Shown: positions 48,691 through 59,502 of the stretch, piece after piece
Numbering within the stretch: position 1 is the stretch's first letter
Layout: each line of letters starts with the position of its first letter
Source: an uncultured Collinsella sp.
GTDB taxonomy: Bacteria > Actinomycetota > Coriobacteriia > Coriobacteriales > Coriobacteriaceae
Assembly (NCBI GenBank): GCA_959599095.1
Contig: CAUGGC010000004.1
Location: forward strand, 38,357-102,356
Length of the DNA: 64,000 bases
Direction: 5' to 3'
Program-made: the position numbers and the translations under genes
Notes under the pieces: generated by a model
The model's database searches: none
Told to the model about the DNA's origin: nothing
The model's input: the letters and a program-made list of their open reading frames with translations, nothing else

Positions 48691-48755
48691 AAGTCTCCTT
48701 TCCTTTTTTTCCTATTTTTTCCTTTCTTTCCTATTCAGTCAAATGAATTGCTGAG

Positions 48756-48921
48756 CGAAGGCGGTTACGTAGGCCTCGTCGGCAAAACCTCGACATCACC
48801 TGCGACTAGAATCTTCTGTCTCGATCTGTAACATCTAGCGGGCTAAATCGTCTCTACCTGTTACAGATCGAGACAAACCGGGCCCAAGCCGCCACAAAGG
48901 TGCCTGTCCCCTTTGTGGTGG
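48756..48921 (+). repeat. Right direct repeat: frameshifted copy of DUF4867 3' end, one family B unit and tail hairpin
   Basis: GGCGGTTACGTAGGCCTC..CCTGCGACTAGAATCTTCTGTCTCGAT..CCACAAAGGTGCCTGTCCCC matches 47333-47579. Confidence 0.9.
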
Positions 48922-49062
48922 TTTGGGGCGGCGGTATCAGAAAGTGTCAGACGGGGGCGGCTGCCGGGCCGCCGTGTGCGAAAAGAAGTGTCGGCCTGCG
49001 TCGCTGTCGTTGGGCGAGGCCCTATTTGTGGGGATACTGAAACCACGACAAGCAGCGTATGA

Positions 49063-50505
<1,443 letters not shown>

Positions 50506-50721
50506 GCTTTCCCGATAACCGTAGCCTCCTAACCAAGGCGCCCGGCGAGTATGTGCTCGCCGGGCGCCTTGCCGTCTGCGAATTTTGGGACATGCGGCCC
50601 GCTTTTTCGACCCATCTGTCGGTACACTAAAAGCACTATGGGTACCCGCGAGCGACATATCGGCCACGCGGCCGCCCGATCCGCTCCCGTGGCGGATCCC
50701 AGGGGCGGCAGGCTCTTCGCC

Positions 50722-52521
50722 ATGCCGCGATTCCTTGTTGGCATAACACATCAGGTGTACCGCCACCGCGTCTTTGCTATCGCCGGTGTCATCACCGCGC
50801 TGTTCCTCATGCTTTTGGCAGTCTTGCCGGCGCTGTTCGCCTTCGACCCCAAACTTTCTAACGCCGTGCCCGCCTATAGCGAGGTGTCCGAAGAGGTCGT
50901 GGATGCGCTCGTCCATTCGAGCTCTCTGCCGTTGCTTGTTGCCGCAATTGCATTTTCGATCTGGGGCGTATCGGTCTATCTGCGCTGTTTGGACTATGTG
51001 TTGCGCCGCCGTCTTGTTGCCATCGCCACCATCTGCGCCCTGTGGATGATCGAAGTCATTCTCAAGTACAAGTCGTTCACGCCGTTCTATGCCACCGTGC
51101 TGTGGTACCTGTACTACGTGCCCATGACGCTCATTCCGCTGCTCTACCAGTTGTGTGGTCTGCGCCTTGCGGGCCTGGAGCAATACCGCCTGGGTCGCCG
51201 CTACTGCGCTGCGCTGTGGATTATGGCTATCCTGCTTATCGGATTTGTGCTCACCAACGATTTTCACCAGCAGGTCTTCCACTTTGACCGTACAAGCGAC
51301 ACCTGGAGCAACGATTACACGTACGGCTGGGGTTATTTCGCTGTCCTCCTGTGGACGGCCTTTAACTTTGTGGCCTTTTTTATCCTGGTTGGTCGGTCCT
51401 CGTCCTTTCGCATCCAGCGTTTCTCGGGCACGGCGGCGCTCGTACTGCTGGGTGGCGCATTCTTTGCCATCTCGTATGCTCTGCGCGTGCCCTGGGCATG
51501 GAGGCTCAACTTTTCGCTCGTCTATTGCGTCCTGTGCGTGGTGGCGATGGAAATCTGTCTCGATTGCGGTGTCATTCCGTCGTATCACGACATCGCCGGC
51601 ATCTTCGACACCTTGCCGCTCGACCTCAAAGTTCTAACGCGCGACCTGCAGGAGGTCTATGCCACGCCGGTGTCAAAGCCAATGCCGGTAGGCGTGCGCG
51701 AGGAGTTGTGGACCCAGGAGCACGGCCGCGCCCATGCCTTTGCCGTGGCGTCCGATCCCGATGTGATGTACCGTGCCTTTCCACTGCTGGGCGGATCGGC
51801 CCTGCTTGCCCAAGACGTGTCGGAGCTCAACGAGCTTAACCGTGAGCTGGCGCATCGTCGCATGGAGCTGCAGCGTCAAAACGAGCTGCTCGCCGCCGAC
51901 TACGACCTTAAGACGCACCTGGCAGATCAAGAGGCCGAGACCTTGCTGGTCCAAGACGTGGACCAGGCGCTTGCCCGCGCGCTCGAAGGGATGTACGACC
52001 TGCTGAGCTCGCTGCCGCCGTTGACCGACGAAGCGTCTTCGCACGAGCGTTACCGCATGCTACAGCGCGCCAAGATGCTCGTCGCCTATTGCAAGCGCAA
52101 GGGGTCGCTCACGTTGGCACAGCACGGGGAGAGCGGTTTTGATCACGACCGCATCCAGCTCATTGCCAACGAGCTCGCAAGCGACCTGCGCACCATCGAT
52201 ATCGATTGCGCCTCGATTATCGCCATACGGCGCCCGATGCACGCCAGTACGGTAAGCGCCCTGTACGACTGCGTGTATGACTTTGCGTTTTTTGCCTACA
52301 CCACCGACCATCCGGCGCTTATGTACCACTTGGGCGACCATGACCGGTGCAGTGTCGAGCTGCGCGCCACGCTCTTCTCCAACGATGAGGAAGACTTGTC
52401 TCAGACACCGGCCGCCCATGAACTCGAAAGCGCGCTGCAAGGGCGCAACGTGGCATACCGCCTTGAGGGCGAGCCCGGCCAGCTGCGCATGATCGTTTTG
52501 ATGCCGAGGGTGGGTGAGTGA
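50722..52521 (+). CDS. Multi-TM sensor with degenerate kinase-like C-terminus (HisKA_7TM-like)
   Basis: About 7-8 TMs with WYLYYVP and TNDFH, coiled coil, no clear H-box; start uncertain (50638 or 50722). Confidence 0.7.
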   Translation: MPRFLVGITHQVYRHRVFAIAGVITALFLMLLAVLPALFAFDPKLSNAVPAYSEVSEEVVDALVHSSSLPLLVAAIAFSIWGVSVYLRCLDYVLRRRLVAIATICALWMIEVILKYKSFTPFYATVLWYLYYVPMTLIPLLYQLCGLRLAGLEQYRLGRRYCAALWIMAILLIGFVLTNDFHQQVFHFDRTSDTWSNDYTYGWGYFAVLLWTAFNFVAFFILVGRSSSFRIQRFSGTAALVLLGGAFFAISYALRVPWAWRLNFSLVYCVLCVVAMEICLDCGVIPSYHDIAGIFDTLPLDLKVLTRDLQEVYATPVSKPMPVGVREELWTQEHGRAHAFAVASDPDVMYRAFPLLGGSALLAQDVSELNELNRELAHRRMELQRQNELLAADYDLKTHLADQEAETLLVQDVDQALARALEGMYDLLSSLPPLTDEASSHERYRMLQRAKMLVAYCKRKGSLTLAQHGESGFDHDRIQLIANELASDLRTIDIDCASIIAIRRPMHASTVSALYDCVYDFAFFAYTTDHPALMYHLGDHDRCSVELRATLFSNDEEDLSQTPAAHELESALQGRNVAYRLEGEPGQLRMIVLMPRVGE

Positions 52522-54017
52522 CGATGCAGATTTCGCTCATCCTTCCCCAAATCGTTGCGCTCGATGTTGTCTTTGCCCTGGCTGCGTGTCTGCAGACGAT
52601 CCACGTCCCGCTCATCGCATCGCGCCGCTCGTCCTATAACCGTAAGGTGATTTGCGCCTACGAGGCGAGCCTTGTGCTTCACCTGATGATTTCGGCGCTC
52701 ATCTTATTCGCGTCGTCTGGCTCGTATCTGGTGGCGCCGCTTGACGTTTGCGCCAGGGCAATGAGCGGAGTGCTGTGGCTCAATGCCGCGATCTTTGCCT
52801 ATGGCGTGGTCCTTATGGTGCACTATCGTCGCCCCGTCATGCTGGCCGAGCTGCTGCTCGTTGCCGCCGTGACACCGCCGGTGGTTTTTGCCATGGGCTC
52901 GGCGTGGACCGTTGTCCTTATCGCAGAGGGGGCGTTCTTCCTGTTCCGTTCCATCGCGGCGCTCTTGATGGACGTCCGTAACCGCCAGGAGGATATCACC
53001 GCGTTCTCGACGATCGAAACCATCAACGTGATTCCCGTGGGCATCCTGTATCTGGACCCGAGGGGCCGTCCGCTGCTCATGAACCGCTGCATGCGCAAAA
53101 ACCTGCTGGAGCTTCATATGCCCACCGACCTAGACGATATGAGCGGTACGTGGAACGACCTGCGCAGGCTCAGCATGCAAATGCCCGAAAGCAGCCAGAA
53201 CCGCGTGCGCATTAATCTGGACCGCTTTGGTGAGGCGCGCGTTGTGGTCGAGGTTTCTCCCGCCGAGATTCGCTTGTTTGTGCACGACGACGTTATGGTT
53301 TCGGGCCGCCTCTTTGAGCGCATTATCGGCCTGGATGTAACAGAGTATGCGCATGCTCATGATCGCCTGGCGCAAGCCAACCACCTGCTTGAGCTTGCGG
53401 GCCAAGAGCTCCAAGCCCAGATCGAAGAAGTCAAAAAAGTTGCTGACAATGCGGCCTATCTGCGTATGCGCGCCCGTGTGCACGATGTGATCGGACAGCG
53501 CCTGTCCATCCTCCATCGTTATCTTGAGGAGGGGCGCCTGGATGACGAGTCACTCGAGCAGATCGATCCGCTGCTGCGCTCGATTGCCGCCGACTTACAT
53601 AGCAGGGGTGACACCGAACCGGCAGAGCAACTGGGCGATATCGTCCATGCCTTTGGCCTGGTGAGCGTGCAGATCGATGTGGAGGGAGAGCTGCCTGAGG
53701 ACGCGCGTGTCGCCGCCGCATTTTTGCAGATTATCCGCGAGGCCTCGACCAATGCCACCAAGCATGCACAGGCCCATCAGGTCCATGTGCGCCTGTGGCA
53801 GGAGACGTCGAAAGACGGTGCTGTTGCGCGGATGACTGTTTCTAACGACGGCGCGCCCGCGCCCGTATCGTATCGCGAGGGAACGGGTATCCCAGGTATG
53901 AGGCATGTCGCGCAAGATCTGGGTGGCAGCCTAGAGGTCCACGCCGCCCCGCCCTTTACGCTTACGGTGTCCATTCCGCTTAACGCCAACGACACGTCTC
54001 AAAGGAGAAGCTCATGA
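52518..54017 (+). CDS. Membrane sensor histidine kinase
   Basis: TMs, PAS-like segment, RVHDVIGQRLS H-box, REASTNATKH, NDG, GTGIPG. Confidence 0.88.
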   Translation: MTMQISLILPQIVALDVVFALAACLQTIHVPLIASRRSSYNRKVICAYEASLVLHLMISALILFASSGSYLVAPLDVCARAMSGVLWLNAAIFAYGVVLMVHYRRPVMLAELLLVAAVTPPVVFAMGSAWTVVLIAEGAFFLFRSIAALLMDVRNRQEDITAFSTIETINVIPVGILYLDPRGRPLLMNRCMRKNLLELHMPTDLDDMSGTWNDLRRLSMQMPESSQNRVRINLDRFGEARVVVEVSPAEIRLFVHDDVMVSGRLFERIIGLDVTEYAHAHDRLAQANHLLELAGQELQAQIEEVKKVADNAAYLRMRARVHDVIGQRLSILHRYLEEGRLDDESLEQIDPLLRSIAADLHSRGDTEPAEQLGDIVHAFGLVSVQIDVEGELPEDARVAAAFLQIIREASTNATKHAQAHQVHVRLWQETSKDGAVARMTVSNDGAPAPVSYREGTGIPGMRHVAQDLGGSLEVHAAPPFTLTVSIPLNANDTSQRRSS

Positions 54018-54637
54018 TCCGCGTGTTAATTGTCGAAGACCAGGCCATTCTGCGCGAGAGCCTCGCGCGCTCCGTTGGCGACCAGCCCGATATGACCGTT
54101 GTCGCCGCAATCGCCGATGCTTCCGAAGCCCTCGATGTCGTACTCAAGGAGCGCCCGGACATGATACTGATGGACGTGTGCACCGAGCACGATTCCAACG
54201 GCATCGTGGCAGCGGCGCGTATTAAAGAGGAGCTGCCCGAGTGTCGCGTCATCATCATGACCGGCATGCCCGAGATCACCTTTGTCGATCAGGCGCGCGA
54301 GGCGGGCGTCGACAGCTTTGTGTACAAGAACGTCGGCATCGACGAGCTGTTCGCCGTGATGCGCTCCACGCTGGCGGGCTACTGTACGTTTCCCAAGCCG
54401 CCCGAGAGCATTTTCTCGGGCACGGCGGCCCTTGACGATGTCGAGCTGTCGATTTTGCGCCTTGCCTGCGAGGGCAAAAGTCGTCGCGAGATCGCGGCTG
54501 AGCTGTTTATGAGCGAGGGCACCATCAAGCGCCGCATCTCGGAGATCCTCAACAAGACCGGTTACGACAACATCATGCGCCTGGCCGTACATGCGGTGAC
54601 CGAGGGCAGCATCGTTCCCAACATGGAGCGCCCGTAG
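54014..54637 (+). CDS. NarL-family response regulator
   Basis: IVEDQ, LMDV, C-terminal HTH EIAAELFMSEGTIKR. Confidence 0.93.
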   Translation: MIRVLIVEDQAILRESLARSVGDQPDMTVVAAIADASEALDVVLKERPDMILMDVCTEHDSNGIVAAARIKEELPECRVIIMTGMPEITFVDQAREAGVDSFVYKNVGIDELFAVMRSTLAGYCTFPKPPESIFSGTAALDDVELSILRLACEGKSRREIAAELFMSEGTIKRRISEILNKTGYDNIMRLAVHAVTEGSIVPNMERP

Positions 54638-54670
54638 TCGGTGTGCCGCCCGTGCTCCAACGCCGAAGAT

Positions 54671-54711
54671 AGGTCGCCCGCCGTTTTGCATCTAAAAACG
54701 GCGGGCGACCT
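54671..54711. terminator. Hairpin between convergent genes (second hairpin at about 54744-54776)
   Basis: AGGTCGCCCGCCGTTTT / AAAACGGCGGGCGACCT perfect stem. Confidence 0.6.
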
Positions 54712-54827
54712 GCTTGTATGGGCAGTGCTGTCGGCATAAAGCGGCGGGGCCGCAGGATCATTTCCTGCGGCCCCGCCTGGCATGTGCGCGGATATGTCCG
54801 CCAATCCGCGGCTATCGGTGTCTGCCG

Positions 54828-55670
54828 TTACGCGATGGTTGCGCTGTAAGAGGCGACGTCCTCGTAGGAATCGGTCAGGTAGGCGTCGATGCCGATGGTC
54901 GTGTTGACCAGGTCGTCAAGACTGTCAAGCTCGCCGCTCGAGAACGTGAATTCCTCGGTGGCGCTGGTGCCGGGCATCAGGTTAGCCGAGAACCAGGGTT
55001 CCTTCATGGTGCCGTTGACGTTGGTCTTGCCGGAAGGAGCGTAGAAGGTCAGGTCCTTGTCGCTCTTGTTGGTGATGTTGACGACAAAGCCGATGTCGCC
55101 CCAGTCGTCCTTGAACTTCTCGGTGATGGTGATGGTGCACAGATCGTCATCGGCGACGGTGACGGCGGGGGAGATTTCGACGTTCTGGACATCGTCGTCT
55201 TCGACGGCCTCATCGATCTCCTCTTCCTTCTCGGCCGCCTCGCGATCCTTCTTCACCGTACCGGACAGGTCCTTGTCGGACTTGGTAAAGACAAGATTGC
55301 CGTCATCTTCTTCGAGGATGAGTTTGCCGTCCTTGAGCTTCATGTCGTGCGACTCATCTTCGGCGGTGATGGTTACGGTGGTGGCGTCCTTTGCCTCCCA
55401 TTTAAGGTCGACGACTTCAAGGAACAGGTCGAGGGCGCCTGTACCGTCCTCATCGAGAATCAGGACGCAGTGGACACCCCAATCCTCGAGCATCTTCATG
55501 TACTCATCGGTCAGCTCTTCGCCATCCACGGTTCCACCCGAGAGTTCCCAGCTGCCGACGAAGTTGGCCTTGGGGTCCTTGCCGCCGCCGCTGCAGCCCG
55601 TCAGGGCAAAGGCGAGCGCCAGGACGCATGTCAGGAATGCGAGTACGGATTTTTTGAACGTTGTCTTCAT
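54828..55670 (-). CDS. Acidic lipoprotein of unknown function
   Basis: Signal peptide with lipobox LTGC; GGAGG RBS; two beta-rich domains. Confidence 0.85.
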   Translation of the reverse strand: MKTTFKKSVLAFLTCVLALAFALTGCSGGGKDPKANFVGSWELSGGTVDGEELTDEYMKMLEDWGVHCVLILDEDGTGALDLFLEVVDLKWEAKDATTVTITAEDESHDMKLKDGKLILEEDDGNLVFTKSDKDLSGTVKKDREAAEKEEEIDEAVEDDDVQNVEISPAVTVADDDLCTITITEKFKDDWGDIGFVVNITNKSDKDLTFYAPSGKTNVNGTMKEPWFSANLMPGTSATEEFTFSSGELDSLDDLVNTTIGIDAYLTDSYEDVASYSATIA

Positions 55671-55750
55671 GGTGTCCTCCTTTATCGAACGAAACCCATA
55701 GAAGCAAATGCGGGGGTGGCGGATCCCCCGCCAATTACCAGATAGAGGGG

Positions 55751-56992
55751 CTAGGGCCGGGGCGTTCCGCAGTTGCTGCAGAACTTGCCGCCGTTTTCGC
55801 TGCCGCAGTTGGGGCAGAACCACTTGGCCGGTGCCGAGGCGGGTGCGGGACTACCGCACTCGGAGCAGAACTTGCCGGTGTTGGTGGCGCCGCAGCTGCA
55901 GGTCCATGCGCCGGCCGCAGGTGCGGCGGTGGGAGCCGGTGCGGGGGCGTGAGCCGGAGCCGGCTGCGGAGCGGCCTGCTGCTGTGCCTGGCCGGCGGCG
56001 AACAGCTGGCTGGCGTTCATGCCGCCCATGCCACCTGCCATGCCCATGCCCATAAAGCCTGCCATCGCGCCGTTGGGGTTGGCGGCTGCCGCGCGCATTG
56101 CGTCGCTCTGGGCGCTGGCGATGTTGGCTGCCGCCATGGTGGGATCGCGCATGACCGCGGCTTTCTGCAGGTCCTTGATCATCTGCTCGTCCTCTTGCGA
56201 GGCGGCGATGGAGTTGACGCCAAAGCTCACGATCTCGACGCCGCGCAGGTCACGCCAGTCGGCAGAGAGGACCTCGTTGAGCGCGCGGGCGAGCTCGGTG
56301 GTGTGGCCGGGGATGGCGCTGTAGCGGATGCCCATCTCCGAGATCTTGGCAAAGGCGGGCTGCAGGGCGGTGAGCAGCTCGGACTTAAGCTGGCTGTCGA
56401 TCTTGTCGCGCGTGTAGTTATCGGTCACGTTGCCGCATACGTTGGTGTAGAACAGCAGCGGGTTGGTGATGCGGTACGAATACTCGCCGTTGCAGCGCAC
56501 GGAGATGTCGACGTCCAGGCCAATGTTGTTATCGACCACGCGGAAGGGCACGGGCGAGGCGGTGCCGTACTTGTTGCCGATGATCTCCTTGGTGTTGATG
56601 AAGTAGACACGCTGGTCCTTGCCCGCGTCGCCGCCAAAGGTAAAGCGGCTGCCGATATTGGCGAAGGTCTCCTTGATGGAATCGCCCAGGTTGCCGCTAA
56701 AGACGCTCGGCTCGCTGCCGGTATCGAAGACGAACTCACCGGGCTCCAGCGCGACTTCGATGATCTTGCCGTTTTGCACCACGAGCATGCCCTGGCCGTC
56801 GTTGACGGCGATGACCGAGCCGTTGGAGATGACATTGTCCTCGCCGCGCGTGTTGGAGCTGCGGCCACCGGTACGTTTGCTGCCCTTGCAGGCCAAGACG
56901 TCGGCAGGCATCGATTCGCAGTAGATAAATTCCTTCCACTGGTCGGCCATGACGCCGCCGGCAGCACCCAATCCAGCTTTCAAGAGTCCCAT
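55751..56992 (-). CDS. SPFH/band-7 domain protein with C-terminal double zinc ribbon (YdjI-like)
   Basis: DQWKE.I, PGEFVFD, GFMGMGM, WTCSCG..KFCSECG, WFCPNCG..KFCSNCG. Confidence 0.88.
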   Translation of the reverse strand: MGLLKAGLGAAGGVMADQWKEFIYCESMPADVLACKGSKRTGGRSSNTRGEDNVISNGSVIAVNDGQGMLVVQNGKIIEVALEPGEFVFDTGSEPSVFSGNLGDSIKETFANIGSRFTFGGDAGKDQRVYFINTKEIIGNKYGTASPVPFRVVDNNIGLDVDISVRCNGEYSYRITNPLLFYTNVCGNVTDNYTRDKIDSQLKSELLTALQPAFAKISEMGIRYSAIPGHTTELARALNEVLSADWRDLRGVEIVSFGVNSIAASQEDEQMIKDLQKAAVMRDPTMAAANIASAQSDAMRAAAANPNGAMAGFMGMGMAGGMGGMNASQLFAAGQAQQQAAPQPAPAHAPAPAPTAAPAAGAWTCSCGATNTGKFCSECGSPAPASAPAKWFCPNCGSENGGKFCSNCGTPRP

Positions 56993-57040
56993 GGTGATCT
57001 TCCTTTCTCGTCAAAGGCCGGGTGGTATTGGTCAGGATGG

Positions 57041-58363
57041 TTAATCGTCCTTGTCGTCCTTCATGACAACGGTGGTCTCGGTGTGGCTGAAGGTGTCGTA
57101 CTTCTCGGTCAGGTTGAGCTCGCCGCAGTAGCAATCGGCGTGGGTGGCCTCGTTGGCCGTCTTGAGCTGGCCCACCAGCAGCACGTCTGCGATGACCACG
57201 ATGATCAACGGCGCGACGATGTTGATGAGGATGCCCTCGACATCAAAGGTGAGGTAGTCCGGATCGAAGGCATTCCCACCCATAAAGAGAATCTGGGAGA
57301 GGACAAACCCGACCACAAAGAACAGCACCGAGGCGATGGAGAGCTTGGGCTTGGAGCAGGGGAGCTCGCCAACCATGCGACCGGTCTGGCCGTTCATGGC
57401 AAACAGATAACCCTTGCCGTTCCACGAGGTGGAAAGCATCCACACGGGGAACAGGGCGTAGTCGCTGTCTTCCCAGGTGTAGTCGAGCTGCTTGCTTTCG
57501 ACCGTGGCGTCGTCATACTCGTCGACGACGGTCTCGCACAGGGCCGAGATCGTGCTTTCTTCCATACGGCGCTCGGCGCGCGCCTTGCAGGTCTCGCAGT
57601 CCTCGTCGTAACGGTTGGCGATGTAGCCGGGCATATATGCGACCGAGAACGGACGCAGTGCGTCGTAGTCAAACGGCTCGATGGCGTCCATGTGGCCGTC
57701 GGGCATCTTGGACGATCCGTCGACGGGCACGCGCTTAAACGAGATATTGCCCTTGCGATAGGCATCGTAGTGGTCGGTGGTCGTGACGGTGCGGTCGGAT
57801 TCCTCGGTCACGGTCTCGTTGGTCGCGTCAAAGTGCACTTCGCCGTCAACGCGGGCGCCGTAGAGCCAAAACGGCACGTAGACACCTTGGACCTCGTCGA
57901 TGTGGTTGCCGGTGATAAAGCTCTTGGGCAGTAAGATCTTGCCCTTGTAGTGTTCCTTGAGTGCGGCCGTGACGTCGTCGCGCCCGAGCTTAAACGGAAT
58001 CACCAGGTCGGGCGAGAAGTCGCCAGAGAGCTGGCCGGGCGCCACGGCGGAGTTGCCGCAGTACGGGCAGGTGGTGACGGCGACGGTGCCGTCGGACACG
58101 AGCTCGGCGCCGCACGACGAGCAGATGTAGCCGGCGTTTTGGGCGAGCTCCTGCACCGCGTCGTCGGCGACGGGCTTGGGCGTTGCGGCTGCTGCATCGG
58201 CTTTGGCATCTGCCTTGTCCTGGCGCTCGCGATAGAGGGCCTCGACTTCTTCGACTTCAAAACGAGAATCGCAGTAGTCGCAGACGAGCTTTTGCTCGGC
58301 ACTGGCAAAGTGAAGGGGGCCGCCACACGCGGGGCATTGATAGTTGACGCTCTCGAAGGCCAT
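57041..58363 (-). CDS. Zinc-ribbon membrane protein (YdjG-like)
   Basis: CPACGG..CDYC, CSSCGA..CPYCG, VYVPFW, PVW, MNGQTG, two C-terminal TMs. Confidence 0.82.
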   Translation of the reverse strand: MAFESVNYQCPACGGPLHFASAEQKLVCDYCDSRFEVEEVEALYRERQDKADAKADAAAATPKPVADDAVQELAQNAGYICSSCGAELVSDGTVAVTTCPYCGNSAVAPGQLSGDFSPDLVIPFKLGRDDVTAALKEHYKGKILLPKSFITGNHIDEVQGVYVPFWLYGARVDGEVHFDATNETVTEESDRTVTTTDHYDAYRKGNISFKRVPVDGSSKMPDGHMDAIEPFDYDALRPFSVAYMPGYIANRYDEDCETCKARAERRMEESTISALCETVVDEYDDATVESKQLDYTWEDSDYALFPVWMLSTSWNGKGYLFAMNGQTGRMVGELPCSKPKLSIASVLFFVVGFVLSQILFMGGNAFDPDYLTFDVEGILINIVAPLIIVVIADVLLVGQLKTANEATHADCYCGELNLTEKYDTFSHTETTVVMKDDKDD

Positions 58364-58387
58364 GATCGGTCCTTTCGCTGCCGGAGG

Positions 58388-59125
58388 CTATGCGCCGATG
58401 GCGCCGCCGCAGTATTCGCAGCGCCCGCTGGCATCGGGAATGGTGGTGGCTCCGCAGAAGGGGCAGGTCACCGCGGTCTTGGGAGCCTTGGCGGCCACGA
58501 CGCTGTCGCGCGTCTCCTGGCGCAGCTGCACCAGCGCATCGCGGACTTCGGTTGCCTGGCGCTTGGCCTCGCGATATTCGATGGAGCCGCGCTGATCGAT
58601 AGTGGAGTCGTTCACGCGCAGGTTGATCTCGGTAAAGTACGGCGTGTTGACGTGGATGGTCAGATTAAAGTCGTAATCCAGGTCGTAGCGCGGCGGGTTG
58701 TAGCTCTCGCGCTCGCCGTCCTTGGTCTCGCGGTAGATCTCGGTGCGCTGCTCGTCGATATCCATATCGCAGCCGAGTACCTGCGAGAACTCGATGATGT
58801 CGGGATTGGCGTCGCGCCAGCGGCTCTGCGAAGTGATGATCAGCAGGCCCGCGTCCTCATCGAGCATAATATTGGTGCGCCCGGCAGAAAGCGTGCGCGT
58901 GGGGTTGAACGAAGACAGGCGCTCGGCGTTGGCCTCGCGGTAGGCGAGTTGCTCACGGATATCGTCCGCGGTGCTGGAGCGATAGCCGTGAAAGTAGGGG
59001 GAGAGCTTGCCGGCGCACTCTTTGCACAGGTAGCCTTCATTGATTTTTGTCTTACCTAGAAGTCCCAGCTCGGTACCGCAAATCGCGCACTCTTTCTTCT
59101 CGAACATCTTGTCAAAGAAGCCCAT
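58388..59125 (-). CDS. DUF4428-like zinc-ribbon protein
   Basis: CAICGTELGLL..GYLCKEC at N-terminus; CPFCGA..CEYCG at C-terminus. Confidence 0.78.
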   Translation of the reverse strand: MGFFDKMFEKKECAICGTELGLLGKTKINEGYLCKECAGKLSPYFHGYRSSTADDIREQLAYREANAERLSSFNPTRTLSAGRTNIMLDEDAGLLIITSQSRWRDANPDIIEFSQVLGCDMDIDEQRTEIYRETKDGERESYNPPRYDLDYDFNLTIHVNTPYFTEINLRVNDSTIDQRGSIEYREAKRQATEVRDALVQLRQETRDSVVAAKAPKTAVTCPFCGATTIPDASGRCEYCGGAIGA

Positions 59126-59246
59126 GGCTGCCTCCCATCAACTGGTAGCGTGTGTCACTTTTGATGATGGGGGAGTGCGCGATCCTTCGCGATACCCAGA
59201 CGGCTCAAGGAGTCTCCACAACTGGGACACATGGCCCATTTTTGAC

Positions 59247-59316
59247 TAGTCGCCGGGGACGTTCTTAAACGACTAGTCGCTGGGTGCCACTCATTGGGGA
59301 CGTACTTAAATGAGTG
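59247..59316. repeat. Two family C 29-bp hairpins
   Basis: TAGTCGCCGGGGACGTTCTTAAACGACTA (59247-59275) and CACTCATTGGGGACGTACTTAAATGAGTG (59288-59316). Confidence 0.82.
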
Positions 59317-59502
59317 GCAGCTGGAGACACTCCTGGCCGAGCTAGAGGTCGCGCGCGTCCCTTCTGGTCCATGCGGCTCAAAATCGCGGCGTGATGTGGA
59401 CGGCTGGGGTCGAATTGGCAGCATTTCGAGCCTGGCTTCGATATTGAGACTGGTTCTTTATTAAAATAGATTTCCAGACAATTGAGCGGCTGGGGGTTAA
59501 CC

